Of a stretch of 64,000 nucleotides of DNA, positions 7,708 to 16,540 are shown in pieces. Positions within the stretch are counted from its first letter, which is position 1. The number at the start of each line of letters is the position of its first letter. Source of the stretch: Terriglobia bacterium (GTDB lineage Bacteria > Acidobacteriota > Terriglobia > Terriglobales > Acidobacteriaceae); NCBI GenBank assembly GCA_963748935.1, contig CAVVLA010000002.1:14113-78112 (forward strand), in the 5' to 3' direction. The notes under the pieces are model-generated. The model ran no database searches, was not told where the DNA came from, and worked only from the letters and a program-made list of their open reading frames with translations. A program made the translations under genes and the position numbers.

Positions 7708-8751
7708 ATGAATCAAGAAGAGATTTTCTCTCCGCTGGCGGATTACTCGGGGCAGGCGGTTCAGCCGTCAGCCGCGGTTGCGTTGCACGATGCCGCTTTG
7801 CTGGATGCATACTCGAACGCCGTCGTAGGGGCCGCGGAGAAGCTTAGTCCGTCGGTGGTCAAAATCGATGTTGCCCAAGCCGGCAAAAGCCGTTCCGGCG
7901 AGCCTCGAGAACGGCAGGGCGGGGGGTCGGGTTTCGTGTTCACTCCCGATGGCCTGATTCTCACCAACAGCCACGTGGTGCACGAAGCCACGAGGATCCA
8001 GGTGTCTTTCGCCGACGGGCGCCGATTCCCCGCCCACACCATCGGCGACGATCCCGCGACTGACCTTGCGGTGGTGCGAGTCGATGTGCCCAACAACGAC
8101 GCGCCCAGCCTGGTGGCCGCTCCGTTGGGAGATTCGCAAAAGCTGCGGGTGGGACAACTGGCAATTGCCATCGGCAATCCTTATGGCTTTCAGTACACGG
8201 TCACGGCGGGCGTGGTCAGCGCCCTTGGACGCTCGTTGCGTTCCTACTCGGGACGAATGATCGACGATGTAATACAAACCGACGCCTCGCTCAACCCGGG
8301 CAATTCAGGAGGGCCGCTGGTGACCTCCGATGGCCACGTCATAGGAGTAAATACTGCGACCATCATGGGCGCGCAGGGATTGTGCTTCGCGATCGGGATC
8401 AACACCGCGAAATTTGTTGCTGGACGACTACTGCAGGATGGAAGAATCCGGCGCAGCTACATTGGAGTTGAGGCCCAGACCGTTCCGCTGCACCGCCGCC
8501 TGGTGCGTTTCTACAACCTGCCGCAGGAAACAGGCGTGGTGGTGAGTTCGGTGACCGGCGGCAGTCCGGCGCAGAGGGCAGGCCTGCGCGAGGGCGACGT
8601 GATTGTCGCGCTAGATGGCAAGCCCGTGGCCGGCGTGGACGACTTGCACCGGCTATTGACTGATGCGCGGGTAGGCGTGAGCAGTCTGCTTACGGTGCTG
8701 CGCTGGACCGAGAAGCTGGACTTGAAGGTGGTGCCGGAAGAGGCGCGCTAA
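7708..8751 (+). CDS. S1C (HtrA/DegP-like) serine protease with PDZ domain
   Basis: GSGFVFTPDGLILTNSHVV, DLAVVRV and GNSGGPLV catalytic-triad motifs. C-terminal PDZ (GSPAQRAGLREGDVIVALDG). Confidence 0.9.
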   Translation: MNQEEIFSPLADYSGQAVQPSAAVALHDAALLDAYSNAVVGAAEKLSPSVVKIDVAQAGKSRSGEPRERQGGGSGFVFTPDGLILTNSHVVHEATRIQVSFADGRRFPAHTIGDDPATDLAVVRVDVPNNDAPSLVAAPLGDSQKLRVGQLAIAIGNPYGFQYTVTAGVVSALGRSLRSYSGRMIDDVIQTDASLNPGNSGGPLVTSDGHVIGVNTATIMGAQGLCFAIGINTAKFVAGRLLQDGRIRRSYIGVEAQTVPLHRRLVRFYNLPQETGVVVSSVTGGSPAQRAGLREGDVIVALDGKPVAGVDDLHRLLTDARVGVSSLLTVLRWTEKLDLKVVPEEAR

Positions 8752-8766
8752 GGTTGTGTTGGTCCT

Positions 8767-8790
8767 GTGGTCGCGGGCGACTCGCCCGCG
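8767..8790. repeat. REP-like hairpin GTGGT-CGCGGGCG-ACT-CGCCCGCG
   Basis: Perfect 8-bp stem between convergent genes. The same stem recurs at 21249, 50294 and 51605. Confidence 0.75.
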
Positions 8791-8900
8791 CTGCCCTGAG
8801 TATCGGCAAACCGCAGTTCCACTCGCCGGAAGCAATCCCCTGCCGAGCTGCGCTCGGCCTGGACGGGTCGGAGGACCAGGGGCTCCCCACACGAGCAACC

Positions 8901-10406
8901 TCAAATCGAGGCCAGCTGGTACAGATACTCTACGTGCGAGCGCACTGCTCCATCGATTCCCTGCACCTTCGGGTTTGTGGATTCGATCACGTAGTACTCG
9001 TCGGGCGCGTGGGCGCCGCTGCCGTGGCCCATTCCGAAGTGGCCGGCGGGCAGACGCAGGGGATCGCCGGTAAAGACGTATCCCGGCCACGAGCCCGCGC
9101 TGCGGGGCAGGATGATGGGATCGATCCCCTGTCCGCGATAAAACGCAACCTGAGCGCGGATCAGGGGAGCGTCGGCGGAGGTGCTATTGGGGTCGTAGCC
9201 TCCCGTCATATTCACTTCGATATCGCCGAAGCCGTGTTTCGCCAGATGGGCTTTGAGCGCGGCCAGGGCTTCATCGGCCTTCATGTCAGGGACGAGGCGA
9301 AGGTCGAGCTTGGCAACGGCGCGGTGCGGAAGGATGGTCTTGCCGCCCGGTCCGGTATAGCCTCCGACCAGCCCCTCAATGTTCACCGTGGGCCGTGACT
9401 GCAGCAGTTCGAGAGCCTGTTGATAGTTGACGTCGTGCACCCAGTGGTCGACGCTGAGCTGTTTCTTGGCGACGTTTTCATCGAGACGGCGCGCGGCTTC
9501 CGCGATCATTTTCTTTTCCGCGTCGGATAGCGGGCGCGCCTTATCGGCGAAACCTTCGATCGCCGGGGTGTTGCCGTCGGGCGAGACCAGGGTGACCAAG
9601 GCTTCCACCAAGTGCCAAGCCGGGCTGTCGAGCATGGCTTTGGTGCTGGAATGAACATCCTTGCGCGGGCCTCGTCCCCATTTCTCGCCGCTTGAAACCA
9701 GTTCAAGCTCGATCACGCCTTTGGCGCCAAGAGTCATAGTGACTTTGCCGTCGAGATCCTGCTCTGCGGATGGCATGTAGACTCCACTGCATTTGCGCAG
9801 CGCGGCCAGCACTTCGGGACGGCGGACGATCTGCGGGAAGTGAGGCGAACCGATTTCCTCTTCGCCTTCGCCGACAAACACAAAATTAACCTGAGGCTTT
9901 TTTCCCGCTCCGCGGATCGCGTGCAGTGCGGCCAGAAATGACGCCTCGGGACCCTTCTGGTTCACGGCGCCCCTGCCGACAACAGCTTTGCCCAGACCGG
10001 GCTTGTCGATGATGGCAGCCTCAAATGGCGGCGACGACCATTCGACAGGATCGACCTGCTTGACGTCATACATGAAATAGAGGCCGACGGTGCGCGGAGC
10101 GCCGGCGTCGAGCGTGGCGAAGATGCCGGGCTGTCCGTCGGTGGGAACCTTGGTGACCTCACCGAATCCGGCGTCGCGCAACATGCGCATGGTGAGATCA
10201 CAGCCTTCGTCCATGCCGCGTTTCTCGGCGGCGATCGAGGGCTGGCGAATCCATGCTTGCAGGCGCTGTACTGATTCGTCGTGCCGCTTCTCGATTTCTT
10301 TCTGGATGGCGGCAAGGTCGGGATTGTCGGCAGCCAATGAGTTGCGGGAGAAGGCTAGGGATGCGGCGCCGGCGGCGGTGGCTTGGAGGAAGGTTCGTCG
10401 GTTCAT
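8901..10406 (-). CDS. M20-family metallopeptidase/dipeptidase, Tat-exported
   Basis: 501 aa. Twin-arginine signal MNRRTFLQATAAGAASLAF. M20 patterns (GEGEEEIGSPH, final HAPDEY). Confidence 0.85.
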   Translation of the reverse strand: MNRRTFLQATAAGAASLAFSRNSLAADNPDLAAIQKEIEKRHDESVQRLQAWIRQPSIAAEKRGMDEGCDLTMRMLRDAGFGEVTKVPTDGQPGIFATLDAGAPRTVGLYFMYDVKQVDPVEWSSPPFEAAIIDKPGLGKAVVGRGAVNQKGPEASFLAALHAIRGAGKKPQVNFVFVGEGEEEIGSPHFPQIVRRPEVLAALRKCSGVYMPSAEQDLDGKVTMTLGAKGVIELELVSSGEKWGRGPRKDVHSSTKAMLDSPAWHLVEALVTLVSPDGNTPAIEGFADKARPLSDAEKKMIAEAARRLDENVAKKQLSVDHWVHDVNYQQALELLQSRPTVNIEGLVGGYTGPGGKTILPHRAVAKLDLRLVPDMKADEALAALKAHLAKHGFGDIEVNMTGGYDPNSTSADAPLIRAQVAFYRGQGIDPIILPRSAGSWPGYVFTGDPLRLPAGHFGMGHGSGAHAPDEYYVIESTNPKVQGIDGAVRSHVEYLYQLASI

Positions 10407-10451
10407 GGGCGCGAGGATAATCGGAGGACGTAGCAGATGTAAAGTACTAGC

Positions 10452-10500
10452 GAAGCCAAAGCAGATTCCTTACCGGCTGACGCCGGTTCGGAATTACAAG
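10452..10500 (-). repeat. degenerate family-B unit (reverse orientation)
   Basis: GCAGATTCCTTACCGGCTGACGCCGGTTCGGAATTAC. Same design as 10955-11000, with point differences. Confidence 0.75.
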
Positions 10501-10584
10501 GGATTGGAGAAGGGTTTCGGCTTTGCAGGGCGCTGGTCACGACGTCTCGTGACGGCTGACCTTGTATTTCTACAAACTCTCGCT

Positions 10585-11000
10585 CATTGTCATTCCGAAC
10601 CGTCCGCAGGCGTGCGAAGCGCGCCGAGGGCGAGAGAGGAATCTGCTGTGCGGCGGGAAAAGCGATACTACGTTTACATTCTCGCCAGCAAGAGCCGCAT
10701 TCTGTATGTCGGCGTGACCGGCTCCCTCATGAGTAGAATGCTGCAGCACAAGTCCGGAGAGTGCGAAGGATTCACTCAGAAATACAAGGTGAGTCGCCTG
10801 GTCTACTACGAGGTTTTCCAGTACGTGAACAACGCTATCGCGCGAGAGACCGAGATTAAGAAATGGCGCCGAGAAAAGAAGGTGCTGCTGATCGAGGAAG
10901 ACAATCCGACCTGGGAAGATCTTGCTGGGGACTGGGGAAAACTAGTGCTTATTAAAAAAGCAGATTCCTCACCGGCTAACGCCGGTTCGGAATGACAATG
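10585..11000 (+). mobile_element. candidate miniature element: GIY-YIG nuclease gene bracketed by 18-nt perfect terminal inverted repeats
   Basis: CATTGTCATTCCGAACCG at 10585-10602 and its exact reverse complement at 10983-11000. Inner GAGGAATCTGC (10636-10646) is mirrored by GCAGATTCCTC (10960-10970). Confidence 0.6.
10648..10995 (+). CDS. GIY-YIG nuclease family protein (UPF0213-like)
   Basis: YYVYILASKSRILYVGVTGSLMSRMLQHKSG...AIARETEIKKWRREKK. GTG 10648 abuts the left repeat unit, and the stop TGA lies inside the right terminal repeat. The 186 upstream codons of ORF 10090-10995 were rejected. Confidence 0.85.
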   Translation: MRREKRYYVYILASKSRILYVGVTGSLMSRMLQHKSGECEGFTQKYKVSRLVYYEVFQYVNNAIARETEIKKWRREKKVLLIEEDNPTWEDLAGDWGKLVLIKKADSSPANAGSE

Positions 11001-11040
11001 CGTTGAAAAGGGTTCTCTAGAAGGGCGGCCTTTTCATGGC

Positions 11041-11063
11041 CGGGTCTCCGACCCGTCCCCACA
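11041..11063. repeat. REP-like hairpin CGGGTC-TCC-GACCCG plus TCCCCACAC tail
   Basis: Short hairpin with the CCCCACAC tail shared with 22252-22280. Confidence 0.6.
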
Positions 11064-11147
11064 CGGGCGCCACACATTGGCGTTGCTGGTGCTATCATTG
11101 CAACCACCGCCACCCTATGTTAGCGTCAACAAACAGCAGAGGTTAGC

Positions 11148-11987
11148 TTGCAAGCGACGATTCCTGTCGGGTTGGATCGTAAGGAAGCGGAAGTTTATCA
11201 GCGGCTTGATCCGGCACGACTCCCAAGACACATCGCTATCATCATGGACGGCAACGGGCGCTGGGCGCGCCGCCGGCACCTTCCGCGTGTAGCTGGGCAC
11301 CGGGCGGGGGTGGCTTCGGTCCGCTCCACGGTAGAAACCGCGGCCCGCATTGGAATTCCTTCGCTGACCCTGTACGCCTTCTCCGAAGAAAATTGGAAGA
11401 AGCGTCCCCGGAGCGAAGTGGACTTTCTTATGGGGCTGCTTTGCCGCTTCCTGAAAGCGGAAGTTCCTACGCTGAACAAGAACAACGTCAGGCTGGAATA
11501 CATTGGACGGCAGCATGAACTTCCGCCCGCAGTGCAGGAGAAGATGGAGTGGGCCCGCCAGGCAACCGCTCGCAATACGGGCATGGTGCTGACCCTGGCG
11601 CTCAACTACAGTGCGCGGACGGAATTGGTGGATGCATTTCGATCGATCGTCGACGCGGCCGCACGCAATGGCGGCATGGATCATCTGCAGATCGATGAAG
11701 ACGCGGTTTCGCAGCATCTCTACACCCGCCATTTGCCGGATCCGGACCTGGTAATCCGTACCAGCGGCGAGATGCGGTTGAGCAATTTCCTGTTGTGGCA
11801 ACTGGCATATGCTGAAATTTACGTCACTCCCACCTTGTGGCCTGAGTTTCGCGGGGTGCATCTGCTGGAAGGCATAGCCGAATACCAAAAACGGGAGCGG
11901 CGTTATGGCGGGCTGGCCGGCGACGCTGCGCATACGCACAACGCCCATCATCATCCCACCCATCACACCAAGCCGGGCCGGAGCTAA
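11148..11987 (+). CDS. uppS: isoprenyl transferase (undecaprenyl-diphosphate synthase)
   Basis: HIAIIMDGNGRWA, ...SEENW.R, RTSGEMRLSNFLLWQLAYAE motifs. TTG start as in the ORF track. Confidence 0.92.
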   Translation: MQATIPVGLDRKEAEVYQRLDPARLPRHIAIIMDGNGRWARRRHLPRVAGHRAGVASVRSTVETAARIGIPSLTLYAFSEENWKKRPRSEVDFLMGLLCRFLKAEVPTLNKNNVRLEYIGRQHELPPAVQEKMEWARQATARNTGMVLTLALNYSARTELVDAFRSIVDAAARNGGMDHLQIDEDAVSQHLYTRHLPDPDLVIRTSGEMRLSNFLLWQLAYAEIYVTPTLWPEFRGVHLLEGIAEYQKRERRYGGLAGDAAHTHNAHHHPTHHTKPGRS

Positions 11988-11993
11988 GACGGC

Positions 11994-12896
11994 TTGCAGC
12001 TACTGAAGCGAATCCTCACCGCGGTGGTTTTGATTCCCATCGTTCTGTTGCTGGTGCTGCGAGCTCCGGTGCCGGTGGTGGCTTTGGTGGCGGCGCTGGT
12101 GGCGCTGCTGGCGGTCCAGGAGCTGCTAAAGATTGCGGAAGCTTACAAAGTAACGCCGATTTACTGGCCGACTTACATTTTTGTCGGGCTGTTTTTCCTG
12201 ACGCTCGCAGTAAATTCCGGCCACGCCACGCCGTTACTTTCAACTGCAATGTTTGCGGGCAGCGTTGGATTTGTGGCCGCCCTGGCGCCGTTTGTTTTTC
12301 TGGTAGTCGGCATGAGGAGGGCTGATCTCGGGGGCGCGTTTCCAGCGGCGATGACTTCGGCCTTTGCCTTTGCCTATGTCGCCCTGCCCCTGGGATTCCT
12401 GGTGCAGTTGCGCGAGCAGGCGGCGGGAGCATTCTTCCTCCTTTACTTGCTTCTGCTGGTATGGGCGGGGGACATTTTCGCTTATTTTGCGGGACGCTCG
12501 CTGGGGCGCCATCTGATGTCGCCGCGCATCAGTCCGCGAAAGACCTGGGAAGGAGCGCTGGCGTCGCTGATCGCGAGCCTGGCGGTGGGAGTGTTGCTTT
12601 ACCAGTACGCGCTGCCCATCAGCACCGCGCTGCTGAATGCTCATCTCATCCAGAGGAAGGACGGATTATTCGCGCTGGAGAAGGCACCGTTGCTGCCGAT
12701 CCTGCTGCTTTCCGCCGGCATCAACGTAGCGGCGCAGTTGGGCGATCTGGTGGAGTCTCTGATCAAGCGGGGCGCCGGAGTGAAGGATTCGGGCACCCTT
12801 CTGCCCGGGCACGGAGGCATGCTTGACCGAATTGATGCCCTGCTCTTGGCCGCTCCGGTGCTGTGGTACTATGCGGCTTGGCGCGTGATGCAGTAG
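11994..12896 (+). CDS. cdsA: phosphatidate cytidylyltransferase
   Basis: Polytopic membrane ORF with SPRKTWEG and C-terminal LPGHGGMLDRIDALL signature. Follows uppS as in many bacteria. Confidence 0.9.
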   Translation: MQLLKRILTAVVLIPIVLLLVLRAPVPVVALVAALVALLAVQELLKIAEAYKVTPIYWPTYIFVGLFFLTLAVNSGHATPLLSTAMFAGSVGFVAALAPFVFLVVGMRRADLGGAFPAAMTSAFAFAYVALPLGFLVQLREQAAGAFFLLYLLLLVWAGDIFAYFAGRSLGRHLMSPRISPRKTWEGALASLIASLAVGVLLYQYALPISTALLNAHLIQRKDGLFALEKAPLLPILLLSAGINVAAQLGDLVESLIKRGAGVKDSGTLLPGHGGMLDRIDALLLAAPVLWYYAAWRVMQ

Positions 12897-12900
12897 CGGT

Positions 12901-13119
12901 ATGCCGAACCAACGCGCGTATCCGCCACTCAAACCGCTCCATCCCGATACCGCACTTAGCTCCCCCAAGCTGGTGGAATTAGAACGGCTTTCCACTGATG
13001 CAATCAGACTCTCACTGATACCCGGTAAGAGGGATTGTCTAAAGACCAGGCCGGATGGAACTATAATTGACGGGCATCATCGCATCCATAATTCTTCGGG
13101 TCCGAGGGCTGGATGTTGA
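12901..13119 (+). CDS. small ORF with ParB-like DGHHR motif (possibly frameshifted or fused to the next ORF)
   Basis: 72 aa ending ...PDGTIIDGHHRIHNSSGPRAGC. The sequence continues plausibly in the +1 frame (IILRVRGLDVDALAREIVVK) of ORF 13067-13708. Confidence 0.35.
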   Translation: MPNQRAYPPLKPLHPDTALSSPKLVELERLSTDAIRLSLIPGKRDCLKTRPDGTIIDGHHRIHNSSGPRAGC

Positions 13120-13162
13120 TGCGCTCGCACGCGAGATTGTCGTAAAGGCGGACGTACAGCGC

Positions 13163-13708
13163 ATGTGGAAAGAGCTTCATTGGGTCGATGGTCCCTGGCC
13201 GGGAAAGCTGGCAGTCGCGCCGCGTCCCCGAGGCGGCGAGTGGCTCGAGGATGACCTAGCGAGCTGGCGACGCGCAGGTATCGCGACAGTGCTGTCCTTG
13301 CTGACTCCCGACGAAGAGCAGGACCTCGATCTCAGCCGTGAGGGCAGTGCCGCGCAAGATCAGGGCATGACGTTCAGGGCGCTTCCGATCCCTGATCGCG
13401 GAGTGCCGAGCTCGGAAACCGAGGTGGCAGCCGCTATCGAAACGCTTGATGCTGATCTCGCCTCCGGGAAGAACGTAGTCGTCCATTGCCGCCAGGGAAT
13501 CGGCCGCAGCGGGATGTTGGCGGTATGCCTGCTCGTCACGAAGGGTCTGAGTCCGAAGAGGGCGGTGGATGTAGTGAGCGCGGCACGCGGAATACCCGTT
13601 CCGGAGACGCCGGAACAGCGTAATTGGATTGATCACTACGCTTCAGTGCTGGCCAGTCCGCCCATGAATCTTGCCTCTCAAAGCCACGGACTAAGGTCCC
13701 GTTCATGA
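13163..13708 (+). CDS. dual-specificity / protein-tyrosine phosphatase family protein
   Basis: Active-site loop VVHCRQGIGRSG (HCxxGxxRS). ATG 13163 fits the usual N-terminus of this family, though the frame is open from 13067. The stop overlaps the dxr start (ATGA). Confidence 0.8.
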   Translation: MWKELHWVDGPWPGKLAVAPRPRGGEWLEDDLASWRRAGIATVLSLLTPDEEQDLDLSREGSAAQDQGMTFRALPIPDRGVPSSETEVAAAIETLDADLASGKNVVVHCRQGIGRSGMLAVCLLVTKGLSPKRAVDVVSAARGIPVPETPEQRNWIDHYASVLASPPMNLASQSHGLRSRS

Positions 13709-14916
13709 GACGTATCGCAATTCTGGGTTCTACGGGCTCTATCGGGCGCAGCACCCTGAGCGTGGTTGAATCCTACCCCGAGCGTTTTCAGGTGGTTTCG
13801 CTGGCGGCCGGCCGCAATGTGGAGGCGGCTTTCGAGCAGGCGCGGCGCTGGAAACCTAGGCTCGTCTCGATTTCGACGGCGGTCGATGCTGAAATTCTGC
13901 GTTCTCACCTGCAAACAGCAGGGGTGCAAGGGATTGAGGTTGTGCATGGTTCGGCCGGGACGGTCCGGGTGGCCACGCATCCGGATGCAGATTTTGTGGT
14001 CAGCGCAATCGTGGGCGTGGCTGGACTTGAGGCGACCTACGAGGCAGTCAAGGCAGGCAAGACAGTGGGCCTGGCCAATAAGGAATGCCTGGTAGCGGCG
14101 GGTGAATTGATCACTGCCGAGGCGCGGCGGCAGGGCAAGCCACTTCTGCCCATCGACAGCGAGCACAATGCCGTGCACCAATGCTTGCGGGGCGGCCGGA
14201 TGGAGGAAGTGGAACGCATCTGGCTCACCGCTTCGGGTGGACCATTTCTTTACACACCCAAGTCCCAATTTTCTGCAATCACGGTGGAGCAGGCGCTGAA
14301 TCATCCTACATGGAAAATGGGGAAGCGGATCACGATTGACTCGGCCACCTTGATGAATAAGGGATTTGAGGTGATCGAGGCGTGCCGTTTGTTCAACTTG
14401 CCACCCAGCCGGGTGCAAGTGATGGTGCATCCGCAGTCTACAATTCATTCCATGGTGGAGTTCGTGGATGGCAGCATACTTGCTCAGTTTTCTGTCACCG
14501 ATATGCGGTTGCCGATCCTCTACGCGCTGACTTACCCGGAGCGGGTCCCTTCCACCATGCACTTCCCGGTCATGGACCTACGACACCTCGAATTCCTGCC
14601 ACCGGATATGGAAAAATTCCCTTGTCTGGCTTTGGCTTACGAGGCGGCGGGAGCTGGGGGCGCGAAAACGGTTGCACTCAATGCCGCAGATGAAGTGGCG
14701 GTGGCGGCGTTTCTGCAGGGCCACATCGAGTTCGAAACTATTCCTAAGGTCGTTCGTGAGGTTCTCTCTGCAACGGAAGCCGGTAAGTTGGAATCTATTA
14801 GTCAGGTGCTCGAAGCCGACTCCGAGGCACGCGCAGTTGCCCGTGCCCGAGTCGAACAGTGGGCACTAAGGACCGTGGGCTCACCTCCGGTTTCAAGCGC
14901 TATGCGAGTGGAGTGA
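13705..14916 (+). CDS. dxr: 1-deoxy-D-xylulose-5-phosphate reductoisomerase
   Basis: ILGSTGSIG N-terminus, LANKE, DSEHNA, NHPTWKMG motifs. Confidence 0.95.
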   Translation: MRRIAILGSTGSIGRSTLSVVESYPERFQVVSLAAGRNVEAAFEQARRWKPRLVSISTAVDAEILRSHLQTAGVQGIEVVHGSAGTVRVATHPDADFVVSAIVGVAGLEATYEAVKAGKTVGLANKECLVAAGELITAEARRQGKPLLPIDSEHNAVHQCLRGGRMEEVERIWLTASGGPFLYTPKSQFSAITVEQALNHPTWKMGKRITIDSATLMNKGFEVIEACRLFNLPPSRVQVMVHPQSTIHSMVEFVDGSILAQFSVTDMRLPILYALTYPERVPSTMHFPVMDLRHLEFLPPDMEKFPCLALAYEAAGAGGAKTVALNAADEVAVAAFLQGHIEFETIPKVVREVLSATEAGKLESISQVLEADSEARAVARARVEQWALRTVGSPPVSSAMRVE

Positions 14917-14926
14917 ATAAATTTTT

Positions 14927-16270
14927 ATGTCTGGATTCTTAACCGCAGTGCTCGCCGTGGGCGTGATTTTGGGATTCATGATCCTGATTCACGAATTCGG
15001 CCATTACGCCGCCGCCAAATTGTTGGGCGTGCGGGTTGAAGTTTTCTCCATCGGGTTTGGGAAGCGGCTTCTGGGCTTCCGCCGAGGAGACACGGATTAC
15101 CGCATTGCCGCCATCCCGCTAGGCGGGTACGTCAAGATGAGCGGCGAAAACCCGATGGATGAGCGCAGCGGCGATCCCGGAGAATTCATGTCGCATCCGC
15201 GATGGCACCGCTTCATCATCGCCATTGCCGGTCCGGCCATGAACATCCTGTTCGCAGTTGGGCTGCTCACCTGCGTTTACATGGTGCGTTACGAATATCC
15301 CGCCGTGCTGGACGAGCCGGCAGTGATTGGATGGGTGCTGCAGGATACTCCCGCAGCCAAAGCCGGGATTCAGGTGGGCGACCGGATCGTTCGCATCGAT
15401 GGCATTCAAAACCCGACCTGGGAGCAAGTGATTCCGCGAGAGGCGCTGAATCCCAATCAGCCGCTCGATGTCACCCTCGAGCGCGGGGGCCAGTTATTGA
15501 ACAAGACCATCGTGCCTGAAGCGTACGGACCGAATCAGATGGGCTCGGCAGGATGGGCGCCCAAAGAGCCCAGTTTTCCGATTACCGATCTGGATCCCCC
15601 CGGCATGCCGGCCGAAAAGGCGGGAATGAAGCTGGGCGATGAGATTGTCAGCGTGGACGGACAGCCGATTGTCGGCCTCGAAGCCATGATCGAAAGCTTG
15701 AAGCGCACCAAGGACAAGCCGATCCAGATCACGGTCAAGCGCAATGGCCAGATCCTCACCTTCACGGTGCAACCGGTTCTATCCGACATCAAAGGCGATC
15801 AACGCTACCGCGTAGGTATCGGCAGCGCGCCGATGAAAGTATCTTCGTTGCCGTTTGCAGCCGCGTTCCGCAAGTCGGTGGAACAGAACAAACAGGGTTC
15901 CCTGCTGATTTTGGAATTGGTTCAGAAGATGGTTCAGCGCAAGATTTCGATTCGCTCGATTGAAGGGCCTATCGGCATCGGACGGGCTGCGGGGCAGGCT
16001 GCCAGCAAGAAAGGCTGGACTCCGCTTTTGGAATTGACCGCCGGAATCAGTCTTAATTTGGGAATATTTAACCTGCTGCCCATTCCAATCATGGACGGCG
16101 GCGTGATCCTTCTGCTGTTTGTGGAAAGCATCATCCGCCGGGACATCAGCCTGCGGATCAAGGAGCGCATTTACCAGGCGGCGTTTGTGTTTCTGGTCCT
16201 GTTTGCGGTGATGGTGATCTACAACGACGTGGCCAAGATGCTGCCCAGCGTGATGGGGAGAATGCCTTAA
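14927..16270 (+). CDS. rseP: RIP (site-2) zinc metalloprotease
   Basis: HEFGHY zinc motif in TM1, two PDZ-like segments, C-terminal NLLPIPIMDGG motif. Confidence 0.93.
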   Translation: MSGFLTAVLAVGVILGFMILIHEFGHYAAAKLLGVRVEVFSIGFGKRLLGFRRGDTDYRIAAIPLGGYVKMSGENPMDERSGDPGEFMSHPRWHRFIIAIAGPAMNILFAVGLLTCVYMVRYEYPAVLDEPAVIGWVLQDTPAAKAGIQVGDRIVRIDGIQNPTWEQVIPREALNPNQPLDVTLERGGQLLNKTIVPEAYGPNQMGSAGWAPKEPSFPITDLDPPGMPAEKAGMKLGDEIVSVDGQPIVGLEAMIESLKRTKDKPIQITVKRNGQILTFTVQPVLSDIKGDQRYRVGIGSAPMKVSSLPFAAAFRKSVEQNKQGSLLILELVQKMVQRKISIRSIEGPIGIGRAAGQAASKKGWTPLLELTAGISLNLGIFNLLPIPIMDGGVILLLFVESIIRRDISLRIKERIYQAAFVFLVLFAVMVIYNDVAKMLPSVMGRMP

Positions 16271-16312
16271 GAAGCAGCTTCTAGCTGCTAGCTTCTGGCT
16301 GCTAGCTGCGGA
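16271..16312. repeat. CTAGC-word low-complexity repeat (GCTTCTAGCTGCTAGCTTCTGGCTGCTAGCTGC)
   Basis: Starts directly after the rseP stop. Related arrays at 21958-21992 and 35701-35791. Confidence 0.8.
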
Positions 16313-16322
16313 ACCAAAAAAC

Positions 16323-16376
16323 CTGTCATCCCGACCGGAGCGAAGTGGAGCGAGCGAAGTGGAGGGACCTGCTGTT
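16323..16376 (+). repeat. family-A/B-type unit, third subtype (CTGTCATCCCGACC ... GGAGGGACCTGCTGTT)
   Basis: Head and tail match the GTCATYCYGAVC / GARGRAYCTGCT design. The core carries the direct repeat AGCGAAGTGGAG twice. Confidence 0.7.
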
Positions 16377-16540
16377 TGGCTGTGATCAGCGTCCTCAGCC
16401 TGGAACGCGACGGTGCCGGCCGGACTTGGGGCATCAAGCGCGATACTTTATCTAACCCACTCATTCTGCGTCGCTTAAACGCTGATCGCTGAAAACGGAC
16501 AGCTGACAGCCCGCCTTTCCTGTAAACTAAACCTTCCCCT

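Noticed and set aside
10090-10647. N-terminal 186 codons of the 301-aa ORF containing the GIY-YIG domain
   Set aside because: This part runs antisense through the 5' end of the M20 peptidase gene and across two repeat units. The GIY-YIG domain begins right after GTG 10648.
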